Assembly (NCBI GenBank): GCA_963664225.1
Contig: OY760937.1
Location: 1,824,001 to 1,888,000 of the forward strand
Direction of reading: 5' to 3'
DNA: 64,000 nt
DNA from: Verrucomicrobiia bacterium
Lineage (GTDB): Bacteria; Verrucomicrobiota; Verrucomicrobiia; Limisphaerales; UBA1319
Numbering within the stretch: the first letter of the stretch is position 1; each line of letters opens with the position of its first letter. Below the pieces are notes generated by a model. It saw only the letters and a list, made by a program, of their open reading frames with translations, searched no databases and was not told the origin of the DNA. This document shows positions 8,675 to 19,614 of this stretch, piece by piece. Both the position numbers and the translations under genes were made by a program.

Positions 8675-11293
8675 TCAGCCACGGACCGGATTCCCGTCGG
8701 CCCCTTCGCCATCCAGATCGATCAGGATATCCCGAGGCTCGGCGCCTTTGTTCGGGCCAACAATGCCGCGGTCTTCCAATTCGTCCATGATGCGCGCCGC
8801 CCGGGTGTAGCCCAGCCGCAGACGGCGCTGGAGCAGCGAAACGCTGGCTTTTTGCTCGCTGCGGATGACCTCGATGCATTGATTGATGAGGCCCTCGTCC
8901 TCGTCGCTGCCGCCGCCGCCGCTTTCCAGTTCCGCAATCGGCTTGGACAATTGCTGGTGGATGTCCATCTCGTAACTTGGCTTGCCCTGTTTGGCAATGA
9001 AATCGACAATGCTTTGAACTTCCTGATCCGTGACCAGAACGCCCTGGGCCCGCAGCAGGCGTGAGGAACCCGGCGGCACATAAAGCATGTCGCCCTTGCC
9101 GAGCAGTTTGTCCGCTCCCATGCCGTCGAGAATGGTTCGCGAATCGACCTTCGAGGCCACCTGAAACGCGATGCGCGCGGGGATGTTCGCCTTGATGACG
9201 CCGGTGATGACGTCCACGCTGGGCCGCTGGGTGGCGACGATGCAGTGAATGCCCGCCGCGCGCGCCATCTGGGTGATGCGCGCAATGGACATTTCCACAT
9301 CCGCAGGCGCCACGAGCATGAGATCCGCCAGTTCATCGATGATGACCACGATGTAGCTGAGCTTGTCCGGGATGACGATATCGTCATCGCGCGGGACGAC
9401 AATTTCCTCGTCCAGCTCGACTGCAAAACCGTCGGAACCGGCCTCGATCCGCTCCTTCTTGGCTTTCAAGGGCAGTTCGGGTTGTGGGGATTCCTTGACC
9501 ACATGGGTGCGTTCGTTGAACGATTTGATGTTGCGCACACCGACGCGGGCGAAAATCTGGTAGCGCTTTTCCATTTCGTTGACCACCCAGCGCAGGGCCA
9601 GGACCACTTTCTTGGGATCGGTTACGACAGGAACGACCAGGTGCGGCAGGGCGTTGTAATGCTGGAGTTCGACCACCTTGGGGTCGATCATGACAAAGCG
9701 CAGTTGGTCCGGCGAAAAACGGTAAAGCAGCGAAGCCGTGATGGAATTGATGCAAACGGATTTGCCCGAGCCGGTGCTTCCGGCAATGAGCAGGTGGGGC
9801 ATTTCGGCCAGGTCGGCAATGACCGGCTTGCCGTAAACATCCTTCCCCAGGGCCAGGGGAATGCGCGCCTTGGTGTTGCGCCATTCTTCGGACTCGAGCA
9901 GGTCGCGCATGATGACCTTGGTTTTCACAAGGTTGGGGACCTCGATGCCGACCGAGCTTTTCCCGGGAATGGGCGCGAGAATGTTGACGTTTTCGGCCTT
10001 CAATGCCGCCGCCAGGTTGTTGCTCAAGGCGGAGATTTTCTCCAACCGCACGCCGGGAGCGGGATGAAGTTCGTAACGCGTGATGGTGGGGCCTTTGGTG
10101 ATGTCGCCCAGGGCAACCTCGATATCGAACTGGGCCAGCGTGTTTTGCATCAACCGGGCGTTGGCCATCAAATCCTCCTTGGACTCGGTCGGTTTGACGT
10201 TGGGATCGGGGTAATTGAGCAACTCCATCGGCGGCAATTTGTAATTGCCGATGATCGGCGCCGAGGCAACCGCCAGGGGCTTGGATTTGCGTGGGAATGA
10301 TTTGGAACGCGCCGGGAGGCCCACATGCTGTGGAATCTCAGCGGCGTCAGCTTTCTCGTTGTGCTCCTCGTCCGATTCCCTGGATTTGTCATTCGCAGTT
10401 TTCGAATCTCCGCGCCGCCCCAGCACATCGGCGGTGGTGGCGGCCGCAATTTCCACTGCGGGAATGATTTCAGCGCCAGGTTCCAGGAGCGCATCGTCAC
10501 GGTCCGGGGCGGTCTCAACATTTTTCTTCTTCTGGGCGGGGCCTGATCCAGCCTGGGGCACGCTCAGATCGCGAATGGTGATGGGAGGGATGGGTTGGAG
10601 GTCTGCGCCCAAACCGGGGTTTTCCGCTGCTTCTTCCTCGAGTTTTTTCACCTGTTTGGCGAGTTCACGGGCCTGTTTTTCGAGGGCTTTTTCATCTTTC
10701 GCGCCGCCGTCTCCGCCCGGAGTGTTGATGCGGTGCCACAAGGACTGGAGCCAATGACCAAACGGGATGTTCGTCAGGCCGATGAGACTGATGAGATACA
10801 TGGTGCCAAAGAGCGCGCCAGCCCCCACCTGCCCGAAGTATTGGGCGAAAAAATAGCGGTTCAACGCCATGCCCAGGAAACCACCCGTGCTGGGGATGTT
10901 CAAAGTCTCCTTGATCGAGCGTTGCCACATCCAGGAGTAGAGGTCGAAACCGCCGGCAGTCGCAATCAACAGAAGCAAGGCCCAGGGCCAGCGCTTCTTG
11001 AGATAGCTCAAGGATTGGAATAAATGCGCCAGACCAAGGCCCAGCAGCAGCAAGGGCAGCAAATACGCCGAGATGCCGAGCACCATGAACAGCGCGTTGC
11101 CCACATGGGCGCCGACGGGGCCCACCCAATTACTCACATGCTCGTTGGCGGGAACACGGTTGGACTCCAAGTCATTGCGGTCGAAGGAAAACAACGACAC
11201 CAGCAATAAGAACGACACGCAGGCAAGCAAAATGCCCACGATTTCGCTCGCACCTCGCGAGTCCACCGCCTCCCGCGGTTCCTTACTAGACAT
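8675..11293 (-). CDS. ftsK: DNA translocase FtsK
   Basis: N-terminal TM domain, MPHLLIAGSTGSGKS, IIDELADLM, ATQRPSVDVITG, gamma domain LQRRLRLGYTRAARIMD. Confidence 0.97.
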   Translation of the reverse strand: MSSKEPREAVDSRGASEIVGILLACVSFLLLVSLFSFDRNDLESNRVPANEHVSNWVGPVGAHVGNALFMVLGISAYLLPLLLLGLGLAHLFQSLSYLKKRWPWALLLLIATAGGFDLYSWMWQRSIKETLNIPSTGGFLGMALNRYFFAQYFGQVGAGALFGTMYLISLIGLTNIPFGHWLQSLWHRINTPGGDGGAKDEKALEKQARELAKQVKKLEEEAAENPGLGADLQPIPPITIRDLSVPQAGSGPAQKKKNVETAPDRDDALLEPGAEIIPAVEIAAATTADVLGRRGDSKTANDKSRESDEEHNEKADAAEIPQHVGLPARSKSFPRKSKPLAVASAPIIGNYKLPPMELLNYPDPNVKPTESKEDLMANARLMQNTLAQFDIEVALGDITKGPTITRYELHPAPGVRLEKISALSNNLAAALKAENVNILAPIPGKSSVGIEVPNLVKTKVIMRDLLESEEWRNTKARIPLALGKDVYGKPVIADLAEMPHLLIAGSTGSGKSVCINSITASLLYRFSPDQLRFVMIDPKVVELQHYNALPHLVVPVVTDPKKVVLALRWVVNEMEKRYQIFARVGVRNIKSFNERTHVVKESPQPELPLKAKKERIEAGSDGFAVELDEEIVVPRDDDIVIPDKLSYIVVIIDELADLMLVAPADVEMSIARITQMARAAGIHCIVATQRPSVDVITGVIKANIPARIAFQVASKVDSRTILDGMGADKLLGKGDMLYVPPGSSRLLRAQGVLVTDQEVQSIVDFIAKQGKPSYEMDIHQQLSKPIAELESGGGGSDEDEGLINQCIEVIRSEQKASVSLLQRRLRLGYTRAARIMDELEDRGIVGPNKGAEPRDILIDLDGEGADGNPVRG

Positions 11294-11523
11294 GGGTCCA
11301 GACTAAGCCCTGCCCCTGATTTGACAATGGAAAACAGGCGCGCAGGCGGGGCATATTCTGGGCTGGTCATGGTTCCGGGGGCATGGTAGCATCTTTAACG
11401 CGTTAGTTTTGGAACCAGGGATCGCCATCGCACGATGGATGCGTGGGGACCTTGCTGACGGTTATGTTTGGCTTTCTTTCTGAAATACATGTTGGCGGAC
11501 CCTTATTTACTGGGTTTCCATAT

Positions 11524-13044
11524 GTGACATACGCAGGGTGTTTTCTCCTCGGTGCGCTAATCACCTTGGTTGTGACGCCATTGGTGATCCGTCTGTCGAT
11601 TCGGCTAAAAGCGATCGACAAACCGGCCCACCGGAAGATCCACACGCATCCGGTTCCGCTGTTGGGCGGACTGGCAGTGTTTGTTGGGGTATGGACTCCC
11701 TTGCTGCTTCTTTGCTTTTACGATAACGATGTCACGCGCCGTCTGCGGCAGGAGTGGTTCAATCTGACATTGGTTTTTAGCGGTGGGTTCCTCATGATGC
11801 TGGTGGGAATTTACGATGACGTCCGGGGGTTGAACGCCAAAAGGAAATTTCTGGCTCAATTGCCGGTGGCGATACTCCTCTTCTGGCTGGGCACGCGGTT
11901 TACGAACATCACCATTCCGTTCATGGGCACGGTCAGTCTGGGATACCTGAGTCCGTTGCTGACGATTCTCTGGATCATTGGCGTGACTAATGCGCTCAAT
12001 TTGATCGATGGCATCGACGGTCTGGCGGCAGGCGTTGCTTTTTTCGTGGCGGCAACCAATGCGGTGATCGCGGTGGAATTTGGAAACGACCTGCTGGCGG
12101 TGGTGATGGGTTCGATGGCGGGGGCCTGCCTGGGATTTTTGCGTTATAATTTCAGTCCCGCAAAAATATTTCTTGGGGACACGGGCAGCCTTTTTCTTGG
12201 CATGACGCTGGCCGTGAGTTCGATCAGCGCCAATGCCAAAGGGACTGTGGCTTCGTCGCTGTTGATTCCGCTGCTGGTGATGGGCTATCCGGTGCTCGAC
12301 ACGCTGCTCTCCATGATGCGCAGGCTGGCGCGGGGCAAATCCATGTTTTCAGGGGACGCCGGGCACATACACCACCGGTTGCTGCAAAAGGGGCTGGGGC
12401 ACCGGTGGGCCTCCGGGATTATTTACGCGGTCTGCTGCCTGTTCAGCCTGCTGGCGCTGGCGGTGGTGTTGCAGAACAACCGGATTACCGCCATTGCCAT
12501 TGCCTTGCTGGCGCTAGTCTTGTTTTTTGGCCTGCACGCATTGGGTTATTTCAAATATTTCACATCGCCTAAATTAATGGAGGAACGCAAATATTTTCAA
12601 ATCGCCCACCATTTTGCCGCGATGATGAAATGCAAGATCGCCCTGGCTGAGAACGCCGGGGGAGTCCTTCGTTACCTCGAATCCTCCGCTGCCGAGTTCC
12701 AAATTCCAATGGTCATTGTGACCAGCGGAAAACAGGTCGGGCGCATGGTTGCGGTCAGACGCTGGCGTTCACTGGATAACACCCATCAGCATTTCAACGA
12801 GGAAACCGCGAATAAGGATGTTTATTTTGATCGTCCCACCGGATTGAACGTCGAAGTTTTTTTCCCATCCGGCTGCGAACAGGATGAGATGATGATGGAA
12901 AAACGCTCGCAATTCGCGGATTTGGTCAGCGCGGCCTTCCGGCGCATGGCGGAATTTGACCATATGCCGGCCCAACTTCGCGAGCTTTCGAAAGAGGAGC
13001 CAGCAGTCGCGGTTCGTGCCGACGAGCCTCGAGTGCGTCGTTAA
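11524..13044 (+). CDS. WecA/TagO-like undecaprenyl-phosphate GlcNAc-1-phosphate transferase (MraY family) with C-terminal extension
   Basis: RKIH..P.LGG, GIYDD, NALNLIDGIDGLA, IFLGDTGS, HIHHRL; start uncertain (GTG 11443 or 11524). Confidence 0.9.
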   Translation: MTYAGCFLLGALITLVVTPLVIRLSIRLKAIDKPAHRKIHTHPVPLLGGLAVFVGVWTPLLLLCFYDNDVTRRLRQEWFNLTLVFSGGFLMMLVGIYDDVRGLNAKRKFLAQLPVAILLFWLGTRFTNITIPFMGTVSLGYLSPLLTILWIIGVTNALNLIDGIDGLAAGVAFFVAATNAVIAVEFGNDLLAVVMGSMAGACLGFLRYNFSPAKIFLGDTGSLFLGMTLAVSSISANAKGTVASSLLIPLLVMGYPVLDTLLSMMRRLARGKSMFSGDAGHIHHRLLQKGLGHRWASGIIYAVCCLFSLLALAVVLQNNRITAIAIALLALVLFFGLHALGYFKYFTSPKLMEERKYFQIAHHFAAMMKCKIALAENAGGVLRYLESSAAEFQIPMVIVTSGKQVGRMVAVRRWRSLDNTHQHFNEETANKDVYFDRPTGLNVEVFFPSGCEQDEMMMEKRSQFADLVSAAFRRMAEFDHMPAQLRELSKEEPAVAVRADEPRVRR

Positions 13045-13317
13045 TTCGAGCGTTGGAAATGGCCGGATCCGCCGGGGAATATCCATCCGCCACGCGGCAG
13101 CAGCCATCCCCGTTTTGTTTTCGGGAGCGTGCCTATTGCGAAGAAAACGATGAAGAAACCCGGAAATGGCATGCATTGAACGGCATTCGCGGCGCCTATT
13201 CAACGTTCTCCTGGTCTTCCTGAGCCGGATTGCGACAGGACTGCGCCCAGGTCTCGTGTTGTATCGATTGAAATGGAAATATTCCTGCCAAAACCTTTTG
13301 GTCGAGCCGTGAAAACT

Positions 13318-14928
13318 TCAACACCGGCGGTTCGAGCAGGAGAGAATCACGCACGCCGTCAAGAACAGCGTTAGAATGGAATGGACCTGAAGCGGGAAAT
13401 CGAATTTGGCGTGCGCCAGGCATCCTGCGATCCCCAGCCAGAGCATCATTACAAATTCCCGCCGGATCGGTAATCCCGCGCCCCAGAGCCATTGGAGCAG
13501 TAGGACGATCAGAGGGGCCAACACCAGCGCAAAGCCCACCCAGCCAAACGTAATCCGAGTCTCCAGCCAATCGTCATGAGCCTGGGCCACCCAAGTCTGG
13601 GTGACATCTTCCCTGTAATACTGATACACACTGGAGAACGTGCCTGGCCCGCTCCCGAACACAGGATTGTCCTCGAGCATTTGCTGGCTGTTTTGGTAAA
13701 TTTCCATCCGCCCCCCCAGTTCATCCTTATCCAACAATTTTAGTCGTTCCACCAGGGGAGACCATCCCAAACCAGTGACCAGGGCGAGCACGGAGATAAA
13801 AATGGCGGCCACGCCCAATCGATGCCGCCAGGGAACGTGTTTCGCCGTCCCCAGCAGAAGCGCCATCGCCGCGATCATCTGGCCCACTGCAACCAAAGCT
13901 CCGCCCCGGCTGATTGAAATGATCGGACACGCCGCCATGATAATGGTGCAGGGCAGCAATAGAATCGACGCGCCACTGCCCAGCCTTTCGCTGGAGAATC
14001 GGCTCATCCGCCGCTCCTGGCGCAGGCACCACCAAAAACCCAGGGTGGCCGGCCAGAGTAGATTGAAATACTGGGCGGCATTGCTTCGGTAGTTATAAGG
14101 TCCGAATTGGGACTCTGCTGCCCGGAAGAACATGGGTTCCACCAGCCACAGCAATTTGTTGGTGCCGCTGAACCGCTGCAAAATGCCTTCGATTCCAAGA
14201 ATGGCCCCATTCAACGATAAAACCCACAGAAGACGCTTGAGGCGGTCGGGCATTCGACGCCCGATTTCGACGGGCGCCTCATCGGGCGTCCGCTCCTCAA
14301 AATGACGTTCCCGACGGGACTTCGTCAGCAGCCAATCGCGGGCGCTCCAAAAGAAGAGCGACAGCCCCAGATATTGCCAAAAGGCATACCAGGAGGCCCG
14401 ACTGTCGTAACTGTGCGGCAAAAAAGAAAGAAACTGATCGTAATAAATCTGGCGGCGTTCCTCGAAGACATAGGTGGCGCGGGCGTTGAGGGCGCTGATC
14501 AGACAATAAAGCAGGATTAAAATATTCAGCGCCGCCAGGGCGCCGGTTAACAACCGGGGCAAATTCGACCCTTTCGAGCCATCGTTTGAAACAATTCCGC
14601 CGATGGCCCATTTTTCAGGTGTGTAATTTGCACGCCAACTAATCAGGTGCTTGACCAGTAGCAGCCCGCCCAGGGTGTAACCAATCCAATTCATGATCCA
14701 TGTGGACCAGGGTTCGGTGGTGCCCAAAGCCCAGGGGCCAAACACCAGGCCAACATAGAGAAGGGCCTCTGTGAGCGCTTCGCAGACGCGGAATGCCATG
14801 GGGGCGCGGTTGCGCGGCGGGTGCCGCCGACGGTGTTCGACTGCGGCACGCGAACTTGGACCCGATTCTTCGGGCCTGGAATTTGAGGTGCCTTCCGCGC
14901 GATGTTCCTGCATGACACCAAAATTCAA
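13318..14928 (-). CDS. O-antigen ligase family (Wzy_C) protein
   Basis: Multi-TM; SISRGG, GRMEIY..NPVFGSGPGTF, AHDDWLE, DFPLQ; start may lie downstream (14799). Confidence 0.85.
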   Translation of the reverse strand: MNFGVMQEHRAEGTSNSRPEESGPSSRAAVEHRRRHPPRNRAPMAFRVCEALTEALLYVGLVFGPWALGTTEPWSTWIMNWIGYTLGGLLLVKHLISWRANYTPEKWAIGGIVSNDGSKGSNLPRLLTGALAALNILILLYCLISALNARATYVFEERRQIYYDQFLSFLPHSYDSRASWYAFWQYLGLSLFFWSARDWLLTKSRRERHFEERTPDEAPVEIGRRMPDRLKRLLWVLSLNGAILGIEGILQRFSGTNKLLWLVEPMFFRAAESQFGPYNYRSNAAQYFNLLWPATLGFWWCLRQERRMSRFSSERLGSGASILLLPCTIIMAACPIISISRGGALVAVGQMIAAMALLLGTAKHVPWRHRLGVAAIFISVLALVTGLGWSPLVERLKLLDKDELGGRMEIYQNSQQMLEDNPVFGSGPGTFSSVYQYYREDVTQTWVAQAHDDWLETRITFGWVGFALVLAPLIVLLLQWLWGAGLPIRREFVMMLWLGIAGCLAHAKFDFPLQVHSILTLFLTACVILSCSNRRC

Positions 14929-15029
14929 ATCGTTGCGCCCCTAATGCACAAGCATAATCCAAGCGGGGGTGGTGGTTGCTTGCGGCATTATTCATCATGC
15001 ATCATAATTCAGATTTGTATTGACACACG

Positions 15030-15064
15030 CCCTCATCCTAACCTCCCACCAGGAGAAGGAACAG
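15030..15064. repeat. Degenerate REP-like element (CCCTCATCCTAACC..GGAGAAGGAAC)
   Basis: Intergenic; resembles the element at 46841. Confidence 0.4.
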
Positions 15065-15323
15065 CTTCGTGGCTTGCAGAATGATTTGGACGGTCCGGGA
15101 GATGCCGCCGCGCGAAGGAAATTTACAGGGCGGTGCTGAGTGAAAGAGGAAGCCCTGCGAAATGATTTAGTTTGTCACAGGCGGCAGTAGATGACGGACG
15201 GTTGGTGAACGGCGGTATTGAATTTCGCCCGTAGCCTCGTTCAAACATGGAATGGAAATCACACCTTTGCTCTTCTCAGGATTATCCACATTCCTTTTAT
15301 TTTGAATGGAATGGCTCTCTTAA

Positions 15324-15707
15324 TTATTTGCTTAATGTGGAAACCTCACTCATAAACGCCCGATGTTCATCTGGCGACAGGTGATATTTGAACACCTCGG
15401 CCAACTGCAAAATGTCCTCGCGTGTCATAAAACGACGCAACTGCGCTCGAACCAGCGGCTCCGTCGGAAGGTGCTCGTAAAAGTGGCAATATGTCGAAGT
15501 CGCCATCTCGGCACTTTGCGAATCTTTGCATGTCCACCTGGCAAATTCATACTCACCTCGAATGGTCTCTTCATCAAGTGGCTCGTGGTGCGCCTCAACA
15601 AATCGAAACCAAAGATCGACCCATAGCATTCCGACGCTTGCGCTACGCTCGATAAGTTCGCGCTGCTTCGGAATCTTCTCAGTGGCAATTCGTCTCCAGG
15701 CACTCAT
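15324..15707 (-). CDS. Hypothetical protein
   Basis: 127-aa ORF with protein-like composition, co-oriented with its neighbour. Confidence 0.65.
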   Translation of the reverse strand: MSAWRRIATEKIPKQRELIERSASVGMLWVDLWFRFVEAHHEPLDEETIRGEYEFARWTCKDSQSAEMATSTYCHFYEHLPTEPLVRAQLRRFMTREDILQLAEVFKYHLSPDEHRAFMSEVSTLSK

Positions 15708-15737
15708 GGTAATGGATTCTGTCGCCTAGCGTAAAGC

Positions 15738-16253
15738 TCACCGCCCACCTCCGGAAACGCCCGGCGGGCGCATTGGCAAGGTCTCGCCGGCATTTCGATC
15801 GATGGGGCCGATGAACATCGTCGCTACCGGGAGGCCGAAGTAATACATGCGGATGGTGTCGTGAATGCGTCCGTCCTCGCCGAGCACGCACTCGTCGTGA
15901 CAGCGCATCCGGTAGATTCGGCCATGAAACGAACCCCAGGCATGATATGGCGTAAAACGAAAGCCCCTCTCATGCAGAAATATGTCAGCGCCCAATGGCA
16001 TGTCATCCGCCGTAACGTGAATCCGATCGGGCGCGATCAATTCCGCGAACATTTTGCGCTCATAAATCCAGCCGGACGAAAACTCCATCCTATCTCTCAC
16101 CAGCCAAAAAGTGTCAGAAAGCCACTGAGCCTCAGAGCCAAAGAGAATGCGCTCCCGCCGTTGGAATGGACGCAAGAGCGGATGCGGCACCAACTGGCCC
16201 TCGCCGCGCCAGCAGCCCCGGAAAAACTCTCTTGGTTGCAGTGGTGTTATCAT
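15738..16253 (-). CDS. Hypothetical protein, DUF3833/lipocalin-like
   Basis: MITPLQPREFFRGCWRGEG..; C-terminal MYYFGLPVA resembles DUF3833; ATG at 16253. Confidence 0.55.
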   Translation of the reverse strand: MITPLQPREFFRGCWRGEGQLVPHPLLRPFQRRERILFGSEAQWLSDTFWLVRDRMEFSSGWIYERKMFAELIAPDRIHVTADDMPLGADIFLHERGFRFTPYHAWGSFHGRIYRMRCHDECVLGEDGRIHDTIRMYYFGLPVATMFIGPIDRNAGETLPMRPPGVSGGGR

Positions 16254-16527
16254 TTGGGATGTGCGATGCGGACTAATGTAGAAACTTGCTTGCCATGCAA
16301 GTGACCGTTTCTCGATTTCGAGATTCAAGGTGGTTGTTGGTGGTGGGGAGGTCAAGAGAGAAAGAGTGTTTATGGGACCGCACGACCCCGGTCCTTGGAA
16401 CAGGGTCAAAAACAGGGGGCGATGCGGAGTCGCGTAGAAAAAGACACAGGCTGAGGTTGGCGGGCGGTGGCCGGAGAAGGTTCCACTTAATACTTGAGAT
16501 ACTTGGAATGTTTGCCAGACTGCGCGC

Positions 16528-17745
16528 GTGCCATCGTTGGTGAAAATAACGGTCCTGTTGCTGCCGATGTTGTTCTGGTGGGGATGCGCCTCCCAGCCAA
16601 ACTCCAATGTGTCGGCTCCCATGACCTATTTTACGGAAGGTGTCACGAACGCACCGGCATGGCGCCCCAGCACCAATTCGCTGATCCAAATGCCGATTGC
16701 GACGGCTCCACTTCCAATGGAGACGGAAGCGGTTGAGGACCTCCCGTCTGTGGTGGTGCAGGCGCCCCCACCCGTTGCAAGCGCGGTCATCGAGACCAAC
16801 AAATGGGTGCCGTGGGAATCCTGGTGCCTGTCCAACGGTGTGGGCCGGCCGCATCCAACGACGCCCAACGCGCGCAGCAGCTTTGTGCTGGCCACGCCCA
16901 ATGGCCCCATCACACTGACCATGGGAAGCCGGGTGGCCAAATGGAACGGCCTGGATTGCTGGCTGGGATTCACGCCGCAATGGAAGGACGGTCAACTGAG
17001 CATCAACCTGCTGGACGCGCGGAAGAATATCCTGCCTTTAATGGCGCCGTTATCCGCCTCATCCCTCTCCAACCATGTGATCGTGATCGATCCCGGGCAT
17101 GGCGGACGCAGCGTGGGCGCAAAGAATGTGGCCAGCGGGTTCTATGAAAAGGATTACACGCTGGACTGGGCGCGCCGGATGCAAAAGGCGTTCGCGGCCC
17201 GCGGATGGACGGTCATTCTCACGCGCACGAACGATGTGGACATGACACTGGAGCAACGGCTGCAAGTGGCCGACCAAGCGCATGCGGCGCTGTTTATCAG
17301 CCTGCATTTCAATTCCGCCGCCCCATCCAAAGAGCAATCGGGCCTGGAAACCTACTGTCTGACGCCCACCGGAATGCCCTCCAGCCTGACGCGCACCTAT
17401 GAGGATGACCCGCGCCAGGTCTTCCCGAACAATTCCTTCGACGCCCAAAACCTCCAACTGGCCACCCAGCTTCATCGCGTGCTCATCCAGGCCAGCGGAT
17501 GCCTGGATCGCGGGGTGCGCCGCGCCCGCTTCATGAGCGTGCTGCGCGGCCAGGCCCGACCGGCGGTCTTGATCGAAGGCGGATTCTTATCCAATCCCAG
17601 GGAGGGTCAACTGATTGCGGAAGGGGCGTATCGGCAAAAGCTGGCCGAGGCGGCAGCCCGCAGCCTGGACATGCCCATGGTCAATGTGGCGGGCATCCAA
17701 CGGAGCGGCCAGGAAATGACTCCGGCCTTAATCTTGTTCAAATGA
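16528..17745 (+). CDS. N-acetylmuramoyl-L-alanine amidase (Amidase_3), probable lipoprotein
   Basis: VIDPGHGG, EKDYTL, FISLHFNS, AVLIEGGFLSN; lipobox-like WWGC. Confidence 0.92.
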   Translation: MPSLVKITVLLLPMLFWWGCASQPNSNVSAPMTYFTEGVTNAPAWRPSTNSLIQMPIATAPLPMETEAVEDLPSVVVQAPPPVASAVIETNKWVPWESWCLSNGVGRPHPTTPNARSSFVLATPNGPITLTMGSRVAKWNGLDCWLGFTPQWKDGQLSINLLDARKNILPLMAPLSASSLSNHVIVIDPGHGGRSVGAKNVASGFYEKDYTLDWARRMQKAFAARGWTVILTRTNDVDMTLEQRLQVADQAHAALFISLHFNSAAPSKEQSGLETYCLTPTGMPSSLTRTYEDDPRQVFPNNSFDAQNLQLATQLHRVLIQASGCLDRGVRRARFMSVLRGQARPAVLIEGGFLSNPREGQLIAEGAYRQKLAEAAARSLDMPMVNVAGIQRSGQEMTPALILFK

Positions 17746-17782
17746 TCGGCAAATTGAATTGCGATTTCAGCAAGGCTCACCC

Positions 17783-18754
17783 GTGACCACATCCTCGCAC
17801 ATCCTGGTCACAGGCGGGGCGGGATTCATCGGCTCGCATCTGGTGGAGAGGCTCCTGGGCGAGAATCACCGGGTCACCGTGGTGGATGATTTATCGACCG
17901 GCCGTCTGGAAAACCTGAGCGCCTCATTGCAGAATCACAATCTGAAGTTCATTGAATCGACCGTGTCGGCGTGCGCTCAATTGCCCGAGCTGGCGGCTTC
18001 CGCGCAGTTTATTTATCACCTCGCGGCGGCGGTTGGCGTGGACCTGGTCGTCACCTCGCCCATTCACACCATCCGCAACAACCTGCACGAGACTGAAGTG
18101 CTGCTCGAGGCTGCGGACAAATCGCACACGCCGGTCCTTCTGGCCTCGACGTCCGAGGTCTATGGGAAAAGCCAGAAACCGGCGTTTGCCGAGACCGACG
18201 ATCTGCTCATCGGCCCGCCATATCTGGGCCGCTGGGGCTATGCCTGCTCCAAGCTCATGGACGAATTCATGGCCCTGGCCTACTCGCGGGAACGCAAACT
18301 GCCCGTGGTGATTGCCCGTTTTTTCAACACTGTCGGTCCCCGGCAGACGGGGCGTTACGGCATGGTGCTGCCCCGGTTCATCGAGGCGGCCAAGGCCGGA
18401 CGTCCGCTGCGGGTCTTTGGCGACGGTCGGCAAACGCGCTGTTTCTGCCTGGTCCACGACACCATCGAAGCCCTGATCCGACTGCGGGATTGCCAGGCGG
18501 CGCGCGGCGAGGTGTTTAACATCGGCAGTACCGAGGAAATCAGCATACTGGAACTCGCCCACAAGGTCATCGAAACGCTCGATTCCTCCTCCCCCATCGA
18601 GTTTATCAGCTACGATCAGGCCTACGTTCCCGGGTTTGAGGATATGCGTCGGCGAAAACCCGTGGTCGATAAACTGGACCGGATCACGGGCTTTCGTCCC
18701 CGAACTTCGCTATTGGACATCATCCGTCTGACCGCAGAGGGTGCAAACGGCTGA
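17783..18754 (+). CDS. NAD-dependent nucleotide-sugar epimerase/dehydratase
   Basis: VTGGAGFIGSH, STSEVYGK, YACSK, RFFNTVGPRQ. Confidence 0.92.
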   Translation: MTTSSHILVTGGAGFIGSHLVERLLGENHRVTVVDDLSTGRLENLSASLQNHNLKFIESTVSACAQLPELAASAQFIYHLAAAVGVDLVVTSPIHTIRNNLHETEVLLEAADKSHTPVLLASTSEVYGKSQKPAFAETDDLLIGPPYLGRWGYACSKLMDEFMALAYSRERKLPVVIARFFNTVGPRQTGRYGMVLPRFIEAAKAGRPLRVFGDGRQTRCFCLVHDTIEALIRLRDCQAARGEVFNIGSTEEISILELAHKVIETLDSSSPIEFISYDQAYVPGFEDMRRRKPVVDKLDRITGFRPRTSLLDIIRLTAEGANG

Positions 18755-18795
18755 TGGCTCAGGGCTGACGGGTGAGGGTCAAGTGGCCCGTGACG

Positions 18796-19461
18796 TTATT
18801 TGACCGGTTGCGGGTGCAGGACTTTGACCGGTTCGGGCTCTTTGTAATGCCGCTTTAATCCAACTTCATTCAACATTCCCGCGGGAACGCGTCCAATGAA
18901 CTCAGGGAAGGAGCGTTCGACCCGGTCGCGAATCAGCTTTTGACCGCTCTTGGAACCCCAGAAATCACCCTCCACCTTTTGAAGCATGATGGAGGCTTCG
19001 TCGGGGGTCATGTTCTCGCGCTTGGCCATAAACCACACCAATTCCTTGTCTCCGGGCAGGGACACGGGAAACGGAACGAACTTTAACGTTACCTCCTGCT
19101 CGCCGTCGCCTTCCGCGCCCGCGGGTTTGACTTTCATTTCCGTGTGAAATTGCGAGCCGTCCGGCAGATCCACTTCCACGGCAAGGGTCTGCTCTTTCTT
19201 GTCCGGCTTGATCGTGACATCACCTTCGGGAAAAGAGGCTTCGAACTGCTTTTTCAAATCCATGATGGTTTCGGCTTCGAGATTGGGCAACTCGCACTTT
19301 TCACAGAACTTCTCAAAGGCCATGGCTCGATTTTTTTGCGCCAGTTCATGTTCCACGGCCTCCATGATCTTGGTGGCCAACCGGGGGTCCTCAATCGCCT
19401 TATGAATGACCAACTTCAACAGCTCCAATACCTGCGACTCATTCGTTTTCTTCTGTTTCAT
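18796..19461 (-). CDS. Hypothetical cytoplasmic protein
   Basis: 221-aa K/E-rich ORF from ATG 19461. Confidence 0.7.
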   Translation of the reverse strand: MKQKKTNESQVLELLKLVIHKAIEDPRLATKIMEAVEHELAQKNRAMAFEKFCEKCELPNLEAETIMDLKKQFEASFPEGDVTIKPDKKEQTLAVEVDLPDGSQFHTEMKVKPAGAEGDGEQEVTLKFVPFPVSLPGDKELVWFMAKRENMTPDEASIMLQKVEGDFWGSKSGQKLIRDRVERSFPEFIGRVPAGMLNEVGLKRHYKEPEPVKVLHPQPVK

Positions 19462-19614
19462 GACAAATTTCGATTCGTTAAATTCAGGGCGCATTTGTGG
19501 GCCATACGAAGAGAAAGAGCAATCCGCATTTATGGGGTGCGGCTTGCGCAAAGAAGACGCCGGAATGGTATTTTTACAGACAGCTTCCGGGAACGGACTT
19601 ATAAAACAGGCATC

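Noticed and set aside
16254..16622. N-terminal extension of ORF 15738..16622
   Set aside because: It overlaps the amidase start and looks non-coding; ATG 16253 is more plausible
19144..19614. N-terminal extension of the PHP ORF in the ORF track
   Set aside because: It overlaps the divergent gene; the signal peptide starts at ATG 19615
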